Positions 63,709-64,000 of a stretch of 64,000 nt of DNA are shown in pieces (the first letter of the stretch is position 1; each line of letters begins with the position of its first letter). The translations under genes were made by a program, and so were the position numbers. Under the pieces are notes generated by a model. The model did no database searches, was not told the origin of the DNA, and saw only the letters and a list, made by a program, of their open reading frames with translations. Source of the stretch: Macrostomum lignano (Eukaryota); NCBI GenBank assembly GCA_002269645.1, contig NIVC01001185.1, positions 124,001 to 188,000 on the forward strand, given 5' to 3'.

Positions 63709-64000
63709 CACAATCTTTGAGCTAAAATGTTAAAAAAGTATCAATTTAAACTAATACCTTATTTATATTGGGCTAAAAAGATCTATATATTATTCAAGAA
63801 TGAAGTATAAGGCCTGGATGATATCCAGAATTCTATTATAATTATGGCTATAGCTATAGCTATAAAATGTTATGGGTGACTAAATAAAATGGCTAGCTAT
63901 ACAAATGGCCTATTTGGAAGGCCTAGTGGAACTCTAACAATATTGAACAATTTTCACAATTATTTATTTAGCCTCTTTCTCATACATTTAATTGTAGATC

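Overview
Eukaryotic, intron-rich metazoan DNA. Exons are GC-rich, spacers are AT-rich, introns are GT-AG, and a large share of the window is tandem repeat. The gene set and repeat load resemble a free-living flatworm such as Macrostomum (inference only). Ten genes could be modelled by hand. On the + strand: GUCD1, an unrecognised ~967-aa protein with about 9 degenerate RRM-like domains, SFXN2, COA6 and a RING/coiled-coil (TRIM-like) gene. On the - strand: two tandem tetraspanin paralogues, a Syntaxin-6-N-domain protein lacking a SNARE helix, CNTD1 and KCTD3/SHKBP1. The dominant unexplained pattern is that 25 of the 28 modelled introns over 200 bp each hold a tandem array, mostly with a unit private to that intron, while the 4 introns under 150 bp hold none. 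Equivalent introns of the two tetraspanins carry unrelated arrays. Also present: a tRNA-head CORE-type SINE, a 156-bp near-perfect palindrome, telomere-like and GATA satellites, acceptor-like sites before several ATGs (possible SL trans-splicing/operons), and a 15-kb repeat-dense region (33.9-48.9 kb) with unresolved exon-like islands. No rRNA, true tRNA or CRISPR was seen. Most long ORFs in the supplied track are repeat artefacts. All models are manual and unvalidated; repeat boundaries are approximate.
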